Shown here: one piece after another, positions 13,044-25,600 of the stretch
How positions within the stretch are numbered: the first letter of the stretch is position 1
Layout: every line of letters begins with the position of its first letter
NCBI GenBank assembly: GCA_040954595.2
Contig: CM082595.2
Coordinates: 333,690-397,689, forward strand
Direction of reading: 5' to 3'
From: Balanoglossus misakiensis
Taxonomy: Eukaryota; Animalia; Hemichordata
Length of the DNA stretch: 64,000 nucleotides
Position numbers and translations under genes: made by a program
Notes under the pieces: generated by a model
Databases searched by the model: none
Told to the model about the DNA's origin: nothing
What the model saw: only the letters and a program-made list of their open reading frames with translations

Positions 13044-13137
13044 ATGACCGAAGTGCAAGAGAAGAACTTGGAAAGAAACAACGCGATGAATCAGCAACTT
13101 ACAGTAACACCACCGAATCCAGTAACCGACGAAACAG
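13044..13137 (+). CDS. Putative alternative first coding exon of TTC36 (MTEVQEKNLERNNAMNQQLTVTPPNPVTDET)
   Basis: ATG in AAGATGA context, 94 nt, ending CAG|GTAACA in phase 1, the phase required by the TTC36 exon 2 acceptor at 14676. Confidence 0.45.
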
Positions 13138-14031
13138 GTAACACAATGTCAATGTTGAGTTACACGCACAGCATTTAATTCCTCATGTAATTTACTCGTT
13201 TAGGCCTGGAAGGTTGTACATGTAGATGCTAGTACATAAACCATATCCTGAGCAGTTGTGTTCGTCTATGCTTGGGGAAATATGAACTGAAGCAAAATAT
13301 TGATCATATCACTTTAATATTCTTGACTTCAAACACAAAAGACACGAACCGCTTTGTTCTTTGCTGAAATCTAACTTAGAATGTAAAAAAATACATGTAT
13401 TAAGTAATGTTATTGAGCCTTGTCGGTAAACTTACACAGAAGAAATGAATGAATGAAATAAATGCACGCATTGAATTGAGTGTTCTTTTCATTTACATGC
13501 AGTCAATAAAACATTCTCTTTCTAGTTTATTGCTAAATGAACAAGACTGAAATGGGGATACACCGTCCTCAGCTGTTGCTGAATGATTTGGCTGTTTTGG
13601 CAACGTGTTTGTTTGAAGCAGAACAATGGGAAGCCCTTACCCCCCCCCCCCCCACGCCACAACAATCACCGGATATCGCGTACAATGGGACGGCTAGACT
13701 GTCAATTTCTAAGTACCGAAATGTTATTGTTTTGCAATGAACACGTGGGGCGCGCGTGCTGCATGTGTCAAAACGAAATCATGATGAAATCGAACATGGC
13801 GTCGCGAGAATGATGCAATGGTGATACTAATTTGGGATCATCTCAGAATCTGGCAGGGCTGACGGTACATGTGCGCGTACCATGGGTTGGTGGCAAAGTC
13901 ACTTAGAGGTCAATGCCCTGGACAAATGGGGACTATGATGCAATGGAGCATATCACCGTTGAGGACGCCTAAAGGGCCTTATTAGTTACATTTTATTAGC
14001 AAGCTAGGGGGTTGCGTTGAGTGAAAACAAC

Positions 14032-15358
14032 ATGGCGAGTGAAAACGACAGGGCTGTACTGAACTGCATTTTCAACCCAAACTTGCCTCTTGGGAGCGAT
14101 GAAATATCGGAATTCGAGGATGACTATTATTCATCGACGAATGGTTCGTTATTGTGTTTGTTTGGTGCAGTTGTGAGAACGCGATCATGTTTTTAGGACA
14201 GGAAATCGTATGACCTAATCTGAGGTCATCATGACCTTAATGTTTACGTTGCGTTCGACACTCTTGTCATACGATATGCTAACCCTATAAATCTATCCCT
14301 ATACTTTATTTGCGTCCATATAAGGACAATTGAATAGCTGACAGTGTCGAAAAATGAAGCAGATCACCTCGCAGACTGCGATCTGCTACACACTCTTCGC
14401 TATACATACATGTACATTGTCTCTGCTATTCTTTGGACCTTGGTACCTTGGCTTTATTAAACTTACACACTATTCAAAGCTATTTCCCTTTGTATATTGG
14501 GACTTTGATTTACGAAGTTTAATTGTGCCCATCATAAAAGGTATTGATCAGTGATTGATACTCTTTAATTACTCGTGGGAGACGTATACCTTGACCTGCA
14601 CCATGAAAATGACAAACTGTACATGTATGTTCACCGATATACAAAAGTCATTATGTTGTTATTTGTTCCCTGCAGGTGAAGATGTGAATTCAGAAGTGGA
14701 GAAAGAAGCCAAGAGACTTGAGGTCCTTGGTGTGAAGGCTGCTGAGGGAGGCGACATCAATGCAGCCCTGGAGTATTTCTGCCAAGCAGTAGATGTTGCC
14801 CCTGACAGAGCTTCAGGTTACAACAATCGGGCACAGGCTTTGAGACTCAAAGGAGATGTTCAAGGTGAGAGGCAGACACATGTATAAACAACTTTAATCA
14901 TTTCACGCTAGACTGGCCCAGGTAACTAGATAGTCCCCCCCCCCCCCCTGGAGAATGACAATCCACCTCAGTATGTCACATCTAGGATTTTCCTGCATTG
15001 ATCAAATATACTTGGCATCTCAGCTTGAAAATGCCCTCCCTGTCAATAATGTTATCAAATACTGCATTCCAATGTATTCCAATGTTATCTTGCAGGGGCA
15101 ATCAAGGATCTGGACAAAGCCATTGAACTGAGTCACGGAAGAGGTAAAGCTGCATGCCAGGCGTTGACACAAAGAGGTCTTATAAGACGTCTGGAAGGCC
15201 ATGATGAGCTTGCCTTAGAGGACTTTCAGAAAGCTGCCAACCTGGGCAGTCCCTTTGCCAAGTCACTCGTTGTACAGATGAATCCCTACGCAGCCATGTG
15301 TAATAAAATGTTGTCAGAAGTTATATCAAAGTTGAGAAGTGGGGAATGCGTAGATTGA
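14032..15358 (+). CDS. TTC36: Tetratricopeptide repeat protein 36, 3 exons, 187 aa
   Basis: Exons 14032-14143, 14676-14864, 15096-15358 (564 nt). N-terminal NDRAVLNCIFNPNLPLG, TPR motifs (ASGYNNRAQALRLKGD; QALTQRGLIRRLEG) and C-terminal MNPYAAMCNKML match the TTC36 family as I recall it. Confidence 0.93.
14211..14237. promoter_or_regulatory. Composite ER6 plus perfect IR3 (ERE-consensus) nuclear-receptor element in TTC36 intron 1
   Basis: TGACCT-AATCTG-AGGTCA-TCA-TGACCT: three perfect half-sites. Confidence 0.5.
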
Positions 15359-18300
15359 AAGACTGCTCACATCCAGTTATTTCAGTTGTAGGCAGAATTT
15401 ATGTGAAATACTTGTATTCATTCAGAAAGGACAAACTTGTTGGCATTATTTTGTTGTTTTTGCATTTGGCAAGGTGTGCAAGTTATAATATATCCTACCT
15501 TCAACAATCGCTGTACCAATATATGGAGAGGGTTGTATCACAGCGCCACTAAGTGGCATGTATACTGCAAGGCAAAATGCCCATCCATTGCTAGGTTTAT
15601 AGCGACTTATATCTCTGTATTTCTTTCATTCTAGATTAAACACAATTAAAACAAAATAATCTTGAGTGTGATGTTTTAATGTATGATCAGCAATTTGGCA
15701 GAAAGTTCACTAGTTTCTGTTGGGGAGTGTACTGCTTATTATATCACTCGCATTCCTCCCCATCCAAATCAGATAACACTCATGAGAATACACAAACATG
15801 GTATAATGAAATAGTGAATTTAATTTCCAAAAGAGAATTATGTAGTGAGAAGATTGATATTTCATGTCAAACAAGAGCTAGTATAACAAAGAACGATTTT
15901 CAATACCAAAAGCAGAAAGGGAGAGAATTCCAGAAAATATGGATGACTTCAAGTATGGAATAAAGTGCTAAGTGAAATGCTCTCTAATATGAAGTAATCA
16001 ATTTTGCACTGTGGAATGTAATGTGCTGATGAAGGCAAATTTGTGAAGAAAGTTACACATACTGAGAAAAAAAGTCAATCATACCTTGTTAATAATGTTA
16101 AAAGACGTTAATTTTTTGTTTGTTTTCCTTTTTTTCCTATTCTACACAATAACATTCCATGTGTAGAGGTATCATAATTAGTCTCTGAAAAAAACCAAAA
16201 GGCGAGTTATTTAGACCTTGCCCATGGAGGGCGATGTTCAATATATTTACAACAACGTTGATAGTGGTTTCAAGAATTCAAACGTGGTTATCTTACACTC
16301 TCATGTGCCATTCATGAATAAAAACACTGATCAAAATCAACTGTATTCATCATGTAAAAGCAAATTATCATTCAACTGAAAGGTCTGTGAGCATATGCTT
16401 CATATTGGAACCTGACAAGCAGTGTGCGATCTATCAAACACAATTCTTAAAAGCTTTGAGTCAATTTGAAGATTTCTAAATTAATTCTCTGAGCCAGCCC
16501 TATACCTTTGCATGTAGTGTGGATAATTTTCTGAGTCACCAGTGAGTTTGTTGAGTCAGTGGCACATCAAATGGGCTTAGAGGGCCACACTGCTGACAAG
16601 CAACATCTTTTCTTGTCAACTGAAAATTCCAACAATCAAAACCACGCCAACTAACATCACTAAAACAAGAAAGTGTAGCAAGAAAATATACAAAGAAACA
16701 AATATTCTTGATTCTGTCAGTTCATTTTGAAAATACAAATTCAGCCATGAAACCATTTCATATCTGTCAGTAAAAGAATGGCCAATTTGAAGAAAAAATG
16801 TGTTTATATTCTGTCAACTATTAAATAAAATGCATGATGTTATCTTGCTTCAAAGAAGTGAATTTACACTATTTACATTGTAAGATCTGGAATAAAAAAA
16901 AAACATATAAAAGTTTACATGGACAAAATTAACAAATAATTTAAATTCTACAGAATAAACGATTGGTAATTAATTGATAAATGGTAATATTTTTACAGTT
17001 TTGTGAAATATATACAAGTGTACTACACACCAGATGGTATACAGGTACGACTTCACAATGATAGACACATAGTTCTACTTGACGGCATTTTGTGAACTCA
17101 AATATGGCAACGTATTGTACAAGAATGCCATAGATAATGGCAGTAGGTGAAGAATGCCAAAAATTTCAGATCAACCATGAAACAGACCACATCCAGCAAA
17201 TCTGTGACTATCACTGCAAAGTCTTGACTCATGAATCATTCCAAAACAAAATGTTAAGCATATTGTCTATCGTCATACACTGAAAACTGTTGTCAAGGTG
17301 ATACAAGTGTTGATATTGGTGTTAACAGTTTAAAACAAGCCTCTTGATTTGAAAGAGCACACCAAGAAATCAAGGTTTTTGACATTCCCTCTAAGGTTTC
17401 CGATTGAGATCAGCTTTCAGATTTGACAACTGAATTCACAGTGCTCTTCATTTCTCAATCCTCAGATGTCCTTTTTGCAAGACAGGTGGGATATGCAAAT
17501 CACAGACATTCTCTGTACAGTGTCTGAATGAAAATGAATGAAATTAATTTTTAAAAATGATTATGAGTCAGTGAACTTTAAAATAAAAAGAATAATGCCA
17601 AGAAATTTAAAAATCTGTTACTTCATAAATAACTTACTGTACGTTTAATAATTACTATCAATAATAACAGTTTGAAGTCAAGAAAAAATCACTCAACAAA
17701 GTTTTTCATGTACAATTATCATAGAGACTTTTTACATAATTTGCAAAATGTTTAAGATTCATCTTGACAGTGTTTTCAGTACATATCACAGTTCAGACTA
17801 CTGTTGTGGTACAAAAATAAAAATGGGAAAATGTAGTTTGACTTTGTGTAAAAAAGAAGGCAACTGTTCGTTTTTGTGGGGATGTTAACTATTCATTATG
17901 GCCGGGATGAGGGTGTCAGTTTGTTTTGTCAGACAGTTCCCCCTTTGAAATTCTCAATTCAGCAAATAGAAATCAATCAAGCAAACAAAAAGTACAGAAA
18001 CAAAATATTGCACTAAAACAAAACTAAAGTTAGGAAGTCCCGCACAGCAAATAAATCATGTAAATGTCATCTTTCAATCAGGACTGTCTTCCAAGTACCT
18101 CACGAGGACAAGTCTAACTTCTGAGTTAGTCATACATGTTGTTAGTCATATCATACGCCCTTTTCATAAAGAGGGAGCCCTTCCAAGACGAGGCCAGTAG
18201 GTAACAGCGTAAAAACTTTATCATCTTGTGTATTGAAAGACTTGCAAATACTTTCCAAATTGTTCTTTTTATATAACTTGATTTTTGAAGAGACTGTGGA

Positions 18301-19620
18301 AATGCAAGGTGGACAGAATATTCCCAAAAGGGGACACATTTTGCATTGTGAAATAGTGGTAATATTCTCTGTGCAGTGCACATTAACATCAATAAATAAT
18401 TAATAACATTGAATTAATTTTGAAACAATTACGCTTCGCTGATAGAGATGATCAGCCATTAAAGTTTATGGGCAATTCATCGGCAAATATAAAAGTTACA
18501 TTGTTTTCTAACATTGCTATTATACCGTAGTTAAGAAAAATTGCCGAACTTATAGATAACATCAGAAACATGATTTCAGGAAAACAAATCAAATCCAGTT
18601 TGAAAGTTCATTGACGTAAACAGATTCTTAATTACACTACCTTGATGACATAAATGTTTAGAAATACATACATTTATAAGAAAATGTAGAATATGTAATT
18701 TTAGGTCAAAAAAGTTTCAACATCCCCATTACCACTCGGTACAGGCACTAAAAGAGTGCCCTAAGTGGCAAGAATTTTAATCATCAATATTACTACTAAT
18801 GTTATTTGCCTAAGAAATTTAAGTATTTATGAATATGTATAGCCAATATGAATTTCCTCAGTTGTAAGAATTTAGAATGAAATTCACAAATATCAAGAGT
18901 AATTTACACTTTCAGGACAATAAATAGTTTACAATTTAACAGACTAAGGCAACGTGTAAATAGAGAGTTAAAGACTGACGATCATCTTATGCGCATGTGT
19001 GTACAAACATTATGTCTAATCCAAATTTTGCATTCAAATAGTGGACTGCCTTTGCTTCCTCCATAAGTAGACATGAGTTTTGTCCCTTCTTTTCACCCAA
19101 TGTACTGCCTTTCCCCGATCTCCGACACAGACTATGGTCGCTGCCCTCTTGTCTGTTGTTAGGACACCACACTGCCTTATGGCAATTAACTGTATACATT
19201 TTTGTAACCAGAGTCTCTGGTTTGGCACCTGCGCATAAGATGATCATCACCCTTTATGAGATTATCAAATAAGTACAGAATTATGAAACTGGTTATCCAA
19301 CTTTATAAATGTGGGATAGACCATGGTTGTAAATTTATGACCTGGTAAATCCTAAAACTTGAAAATATCCTGTATAGTTGTTGTGTTGATGTTCTCAACT
19401 GTGCAAAAATTTTATCTGCTTGTAATTTGAAAATTCTGGTTTGAGGTGAAAGTGTTAGTTTTTAGGTTTACTGTACACTATTTTTAACGAGGTTTTTACA
19501 TGTCTTACACTTCCTAAGAATAAATCATGCCATTTTTTCTCAACCATCTGCAGGCCCGTCTTTTAGAATGGTTGCTCCCATGTTGTCTTCTCATTATATC
19601 GAGCAGACTTGACTTAACAG

Positions 19621-22600
19621 TCAGTTGAAGGTTGCATCCATTCCATCAGGGGTGACGCAGCTCGCTAATGAGGGGAGCCATGGTGAAGCCCCACACGATC
19701 TCTCCATATTTTTCAACCTGGTCAAATAAAAAGAACAGATTTACAGGAGAACTCGTGAATTGAAATAAAAACAGAGCCTAAAAGTCTGGGTTTAAATTTT
19801 GATACCCAAATATTTTGTCCGCTGATAGAGTAGGACACAGGCATAAACAATGTAAGTTGTTTGTACACATTATACAACAAGACAACTGGAATATGAAAGA
19901 AAAACATTGAAAGAGACAAAATGGTGAATGAAAAGTAAGTACTCATGTATGTCCTCATTAAGTTTTATGCCAGAAGAAGAAGATAGAAAGGAGATTACTA
20001 CAAAATTCTTTTTACTAGCAACGAATGCCAAACTAGCAACACCGGCTTTCTTTGAGGGGGCCACCGGCTTTCTTTGAGGGGGCCCGACACGTTATCTCTA
20101 AAATTGTAACAACGTCACAATTTAGTAGACAAAGAGGCGCCCCCCCCCCCCCATCCCTATTGCGCAGTTGAAGTACGTGCGTGTTGAGAGAGACGTGTCG
20201 ACTCGAACGCTGCTCTAGGAAGCTCGTAGTTACCTTCTTACCGGGACATTTGTACTTGAACGGACTGGGTTCCTCCCACTTCAGGTCGGTAGATTCCTGT
20301 GAAGCAGAGACGTGAATTTTGCCGTTCCTAGTGCCGCGGGTTGCAGTGTATCCCGTCTGTTGAACTTTTTTTAGAGATTGAGATGAGAATTAGCAGTGTA
20401 GGATAGAGACGACGTACCAAACTGCCGTGTTGTATTCTGAATTTGTGTTGAAATAAATACGACGGAAGAGTTTGAACGGCATTGCTGTGTGGACTGATAG
20501 TTTTGTGGCAAATTCGGGCGTGCGAGGCCGCCGCTAACCTTGCCGCGATCACCCGGCCGCTTGAGAACTTTCTCGACCTACGCACGAACTTGTTGTTTGT
20601 GGCAGCAATCGTGACAGGTTACGTTGTTTGAAAAAAACGTTGACGCGTCAATGCGCCCAGCGGCGGACGCCACATGAATTTTTCAGATCTGGCTTTTTCA
20701 ACGTGTTTGTTTGGCGTCCATGATTTAGTATATATCCATGTTCTTGTTCCGCTATTTCCCATTCCGAAAACCCCAAAGTTTTGACTAGAAAAGGCCTCAG
20801 ACACCTTCATATGCTGTCCGGCAGCCGGGGTGGGATATCCGACCGCGGTGCAGCTCAAAGTGGCGTGGAGCTGGTAATGTTGGGAACAGTGCAGCCGGCC
20901 GGTGGATCGACGTCTTAGCCTACACTTTCATACCCGCCGGCGTGCGGCAATCGGGAGGAACCCAGTCCGTTCAAGCGCAAATGTCCCGGTCAGTAGGTAA
21001 CTACGAGCTTCGTAGAGCAGCGTTCGACACGCTAAACAACTCTCGTCGTCCGTGTTCAAGTCAGTCTCCTACCCCTTTCTGTTCACGTCTCTCTCTCAAC
21101 ACGCACGTACTTCAACTGCGCAATTGGGATGGGGGGACGCCTCTTTGTCTAGTACATTGTGACGTTGTTACAATTTTAGAGATAACGCGTTGCTGGCATG
21201 AAAGAAATACGATGTTGCCAGTTTGCCGTTTGGTGCTGGTAAAAAGAATTCCGTGGTAAAAAGGTAGACTATGTAATAATTAACTTATATTGAGTAACTA
21301 TCAATTAAGCTGCCTCTTGTGAACAAACTGTTCTCCCAAAACATACCATTGTAATTTCATTTTTTCTAAATATACCTATGTGTGTGTGTATATATTTAAA
21401 AGTTTGTGCAGTCCGGTATTTAAAAAAAATACCAGACTTCTAAACAAAAAAGAGAAAATGATCTCTTGTTGAATAATTCATGACAATGAAAATGATATTA
21501 CAGCAGAAATTATCACAGCTCACTGTTTGGACATGGAGTGGAGTATGTTTCGAATTTTGTTTGTCTTTATGTAGATCCTTCTTGCAAAAATTGTCAGCTG
21601 TGACAATTTCTATTGTATGTAAGAGCATTCTACTATGGGAAGAAAGGAAGTAACATAAAAATTTGTCCCATACAAAGAGTAATTATTTCAAATGAATAAC
21701 TGTGTTGCAAGATGCTTTGGTTTCTTTCAACACTTGTTCACTGATGTACAGAAACTTGTCAAAAGAAATAACTGTAAGTGAAAGATTTCATCCTTTCACC
21801 CTCTGCTGCTTGTCTTATGGAACAGTCCTATTGTCAATGGATGGAACATTGCATTCTAGAGGGGTGAAAGGGATTGTCTGACTTAGCGGGAAACTCACCG
21901 TTCTTTCACATCCCAGATATTTCTTTATTTAAAACAAATTAAGAACAATACCAACATGAGTACGTAGACACAGTGTGATTATAAAACTAAAGAAAGTAAT
22001 GTACCGGTAGGGACAGATGAAAATCTGACAGATAAACATCTGGAAAATGAAAATCTGATGGCTGATAACCAATAGAATGTAGGATGCAATACACAATTGT
22101 AACACACACACATGCCACAACACATAGTGGTATTTAAAGATAGGGTAAACCTATTTTCACAGTGATACAAAATTTGATATTTTCATATATGAAAATTTTG
22201 TATGTGATACATCTAAGAAGAGTGATAAAATAATTGAACTGTTTGTCGGCTGAATCATGTTTTCACGCACAAAATAACAATAAACATTTTACAAATTTGT
22301 ACAAACATATTGTGTCTGCTAGCAACAACTAAAATAATAAGTCAGTGCAATCAATAAAGGATTCAAATGTTCTTTGAGCAAAAGCATGTTAAAGAGAAGC
22401 ATCAGTAGGAATACTTGTTGATGACACGTAGAAAGAGAGAAAGAATCTAAATTCATGAGAAAACAACTCCAGTAAACATCTACTATTGTTAAACAATTTA
22501 TCTGAGAGAAGATTTTATAGAAACAAATAAATGTAGAGTTTGTGCAAAGTGTGTCAGAATCAATCTAGACATTCATGAGTGCAACTGAAACAAGGAACAC

Positions 22601-25600
22601 CAGCTAAGACGTGAGCTGATGTGGTCAAAGATCAACACCACCATTACAAATTTGGGACACACAGTGGGAGTGAGCCTTTCCATTTTTGTTTCTGCTCAGA
22701 CAAATAAAAGCTGCTGATAAAAGCAAGAGATGCTCTTGGTTGGTCAAATCAAGTAGCCATTGATCACGAACAACAGTGCTACAGTTGGTTCTACGCAAGC
22801 AAGATTTTATGTAAATCCCTGCATTTTTACTACTGCATGATTTAGTTTCATCAGAAAACCTTCGATCCCTATTTGACCTGTCAGCTCTATCACCTACACA
22901 AATAAACATGTAACAAAATAAAACAATTTACATCATTCTCGGTTTGTGGATATGTACATGTATATGGAGAGTGTGGAGTGCAGATGCAATCATGTCTCTG
23001 TTTAACCCTTTCACCACAATGGTTCAGTCCAAAATCCATTGATTTCTATGGTAAGGCTGGACCTCTAAAGAGGGAACTAGGGGTGAAAGGGTTAAATGTT
23101 TAATCTATACTTACCTGTGTCTGTTCTGTTTTAGAAATCGTTGTATTTTTCTGGCAGCAATTTGTTCTCGGGATTTACTCTCTGTAAACCTGAAAAGAGA
23201 AAATTATAAGGTTTCATATGGATGGATTTAAGAGTTCTTAAATCAAAACTTATCACAAATTGATGAGCAAGAAAATGAGGTCTTTCAGTGAACTTGCAGC
23301 ATTTTTATTTTCAATTGTGGTGGTTTGAAACACAAAAGTGGTTTCTAGAACCAGAATAGTGAAATGCGATTCTGTGCAACTGTGAACTGGAAAGTTAGTC
23401 GTAATTATGCGCTCATTTAAATAACTAGCGCCTCAACCACTTACCTCATTGGCTGCTGGTGTGTCAGGACTGCAGAGTCGCGACTTTTTCGGAAACGTTC
23501 GTGTTCTCGATAACTCCGATATCGATTCTGGATCAACAAGGCAGCCTGCCGACTCTGCTTGTACTGTTTGTGTTTGTGGTAGCTACGGAAACGACTCTGG
23601 ATCAACACCGCTGCTTGTGTCATCTTCTTGTACGACACATACTGCTGGCATCCGACAAAAAGTGGAAATTTTCACTTCAGATTAACTTGCCACATTTTTA
23701 TAATAAATTTTAGTGCATTTGAAGTTCCAAAGTCAGAAATGATGGACACACACTTGGATGGATTAGTGACATCAGTGACAAATTTTTTTTATGTAATTAT
23801 TTCTTTAAAAAGTTGGGACCAACCTGTTTGTATCTCCTGTAGTAACTCTGTATGATTACTGCAGCTTCCAATTCTTGCTGTTTTTGCCTCTGTCTACCCT
23901 GTGTGCACAAAAAAATGTTAAATGTTCCTAACTGCCATGGATATGGTGCAATAAAATATCTGCACAGGAAAAGTTTATCCTGCCATTAGTGGACGCTCAA
24001 ATCAACTGTGACTCTTGACAACATTGGGGGATATTCTGCACACATGTATATTCACAGGAAAAATAACATGAAAGACTTACTCTGTATTGTCTGAATGCAT
24101 TCTGAATGGTTTTGGCAGCTTTATACAACTGTCTCTGCTCGTAATCTGAAAGCATGAGAAAACATAAAATATATGATGGTTTGAGTTAAGAATGGAAACT
24201 GTAATCAAACTGTAAGTCTACATGTAAGAGTTGGTAATTCAAAATTCCTAATTTGTTCTGAGGGAAAATGAGACAAGGCTGTTATACACCAACCAAAGCA
24301 TAGCAACTTTTGAAAGAAGATGAGAGGATACGTTATTGGTTTCTGACTGACCAGGTGATCCCTATGATGCTATGCAAATGAAAAGTGGCTGCCCTGATAT
24401 GGAGATACAGACCTGACAGAGTCAATAAGGAGAGATCTTTCTCAACTCCTTTTCCACCACGCAGAAATTCACTGAGATGTTCAGACATCATGGGTGTTCC
24501 GTCTTCATCCTCGCTGTCGGAATTATCCAATGCCATACTGGATGGAGACTGCAGACAAGATGAGTTGGGACTTAGTGTACTAGAAGGAGAGTTGATCAAG
24601 TCGTAGCATATCGACCGGTACATCTCACTCTCTGCGTTACTCTCCTGCATTCTCTCTTCCTGAAACTGCGGAAAGTTTTCCTGTTCGTCGTCGTCATCGA
24701 CTTTGATTCTTGCCGGGAGAGCATCAATGATTTTCTCAGCCAGCATCAAGTACTGTTCTTTCTGTGAGCTCTCTGGCATCGACTGTGAACGTTGCCTGCT
24801 CCACTGAGCGGCGACCCAGGCGCTCGGGAAACGAGACCTGCTTGGCACTTCACGAGTCGCCGCTCCAGACGATGATGGATCTTCGTCAATCTGCATGGGG
24901 ACTGGAAGGTGTGTATCTGAGAGACTGCTTGCTGGACGGCTTTTTGTTCCAGCTGGGCTCTTCGCATCAAATGTACTGTTCACTTCCACCACCAGTTGCT
25001 TTGCGAACAACGCTGCAGCAGCTGTTGAGTTGCCCTCACTTGGATCGCCCGTCAAGTTGCTGCATGAAAGTGAACGGTTCTTGCTCGGCAAAGGACTGGT
25101 AGAAAGTGGACTAGTGGACGGCTGAGATTTGGGAGACCAGGCACGCCTTGGGCTCCCTGACCTGGGTGAAAGTGACCGTGGCGAGCGGTCGAAGGCAGGG
25201 TTTAAAGGTGATGACACAGTTGCTATGGAGACACTGGGCGAGGTAGAAATAGACCTGTCTTCCACGGAAACAGTTGGAGTTGCCTGTTGTCGATGAGAAA
25301 TTGTTTCCATGGAGACTGATTCCAGCTTTTCGTTCTGTAGACGCTCAAGATGTTCGGCTAAAGTGACATGTCCCCTTGATTTGGCCACTTGACCAGGCAA
25401 TCTACAGTTAGAGTCAGTGATACTCAGGGCTTGTGACTGCCAGTAATACAACAGCAATGCTGTATCAGAATGACCCAACGCACACGCCCACATCTGAAGA
25501 CACAAACAGAAATATTCTGATTATTTACTGGCTTCCTAACAATCACTATCACATCTAATTTTCGGTCACAAGGAAAGAATTCGACCTTTACAATATCAAA

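Noticed and set aside
19160-19180. miR-34-like word GGCAGTGTGGT on the - strand
   Set aside because: Only about 11 nt match and no convincing precursor hairpin is evident.
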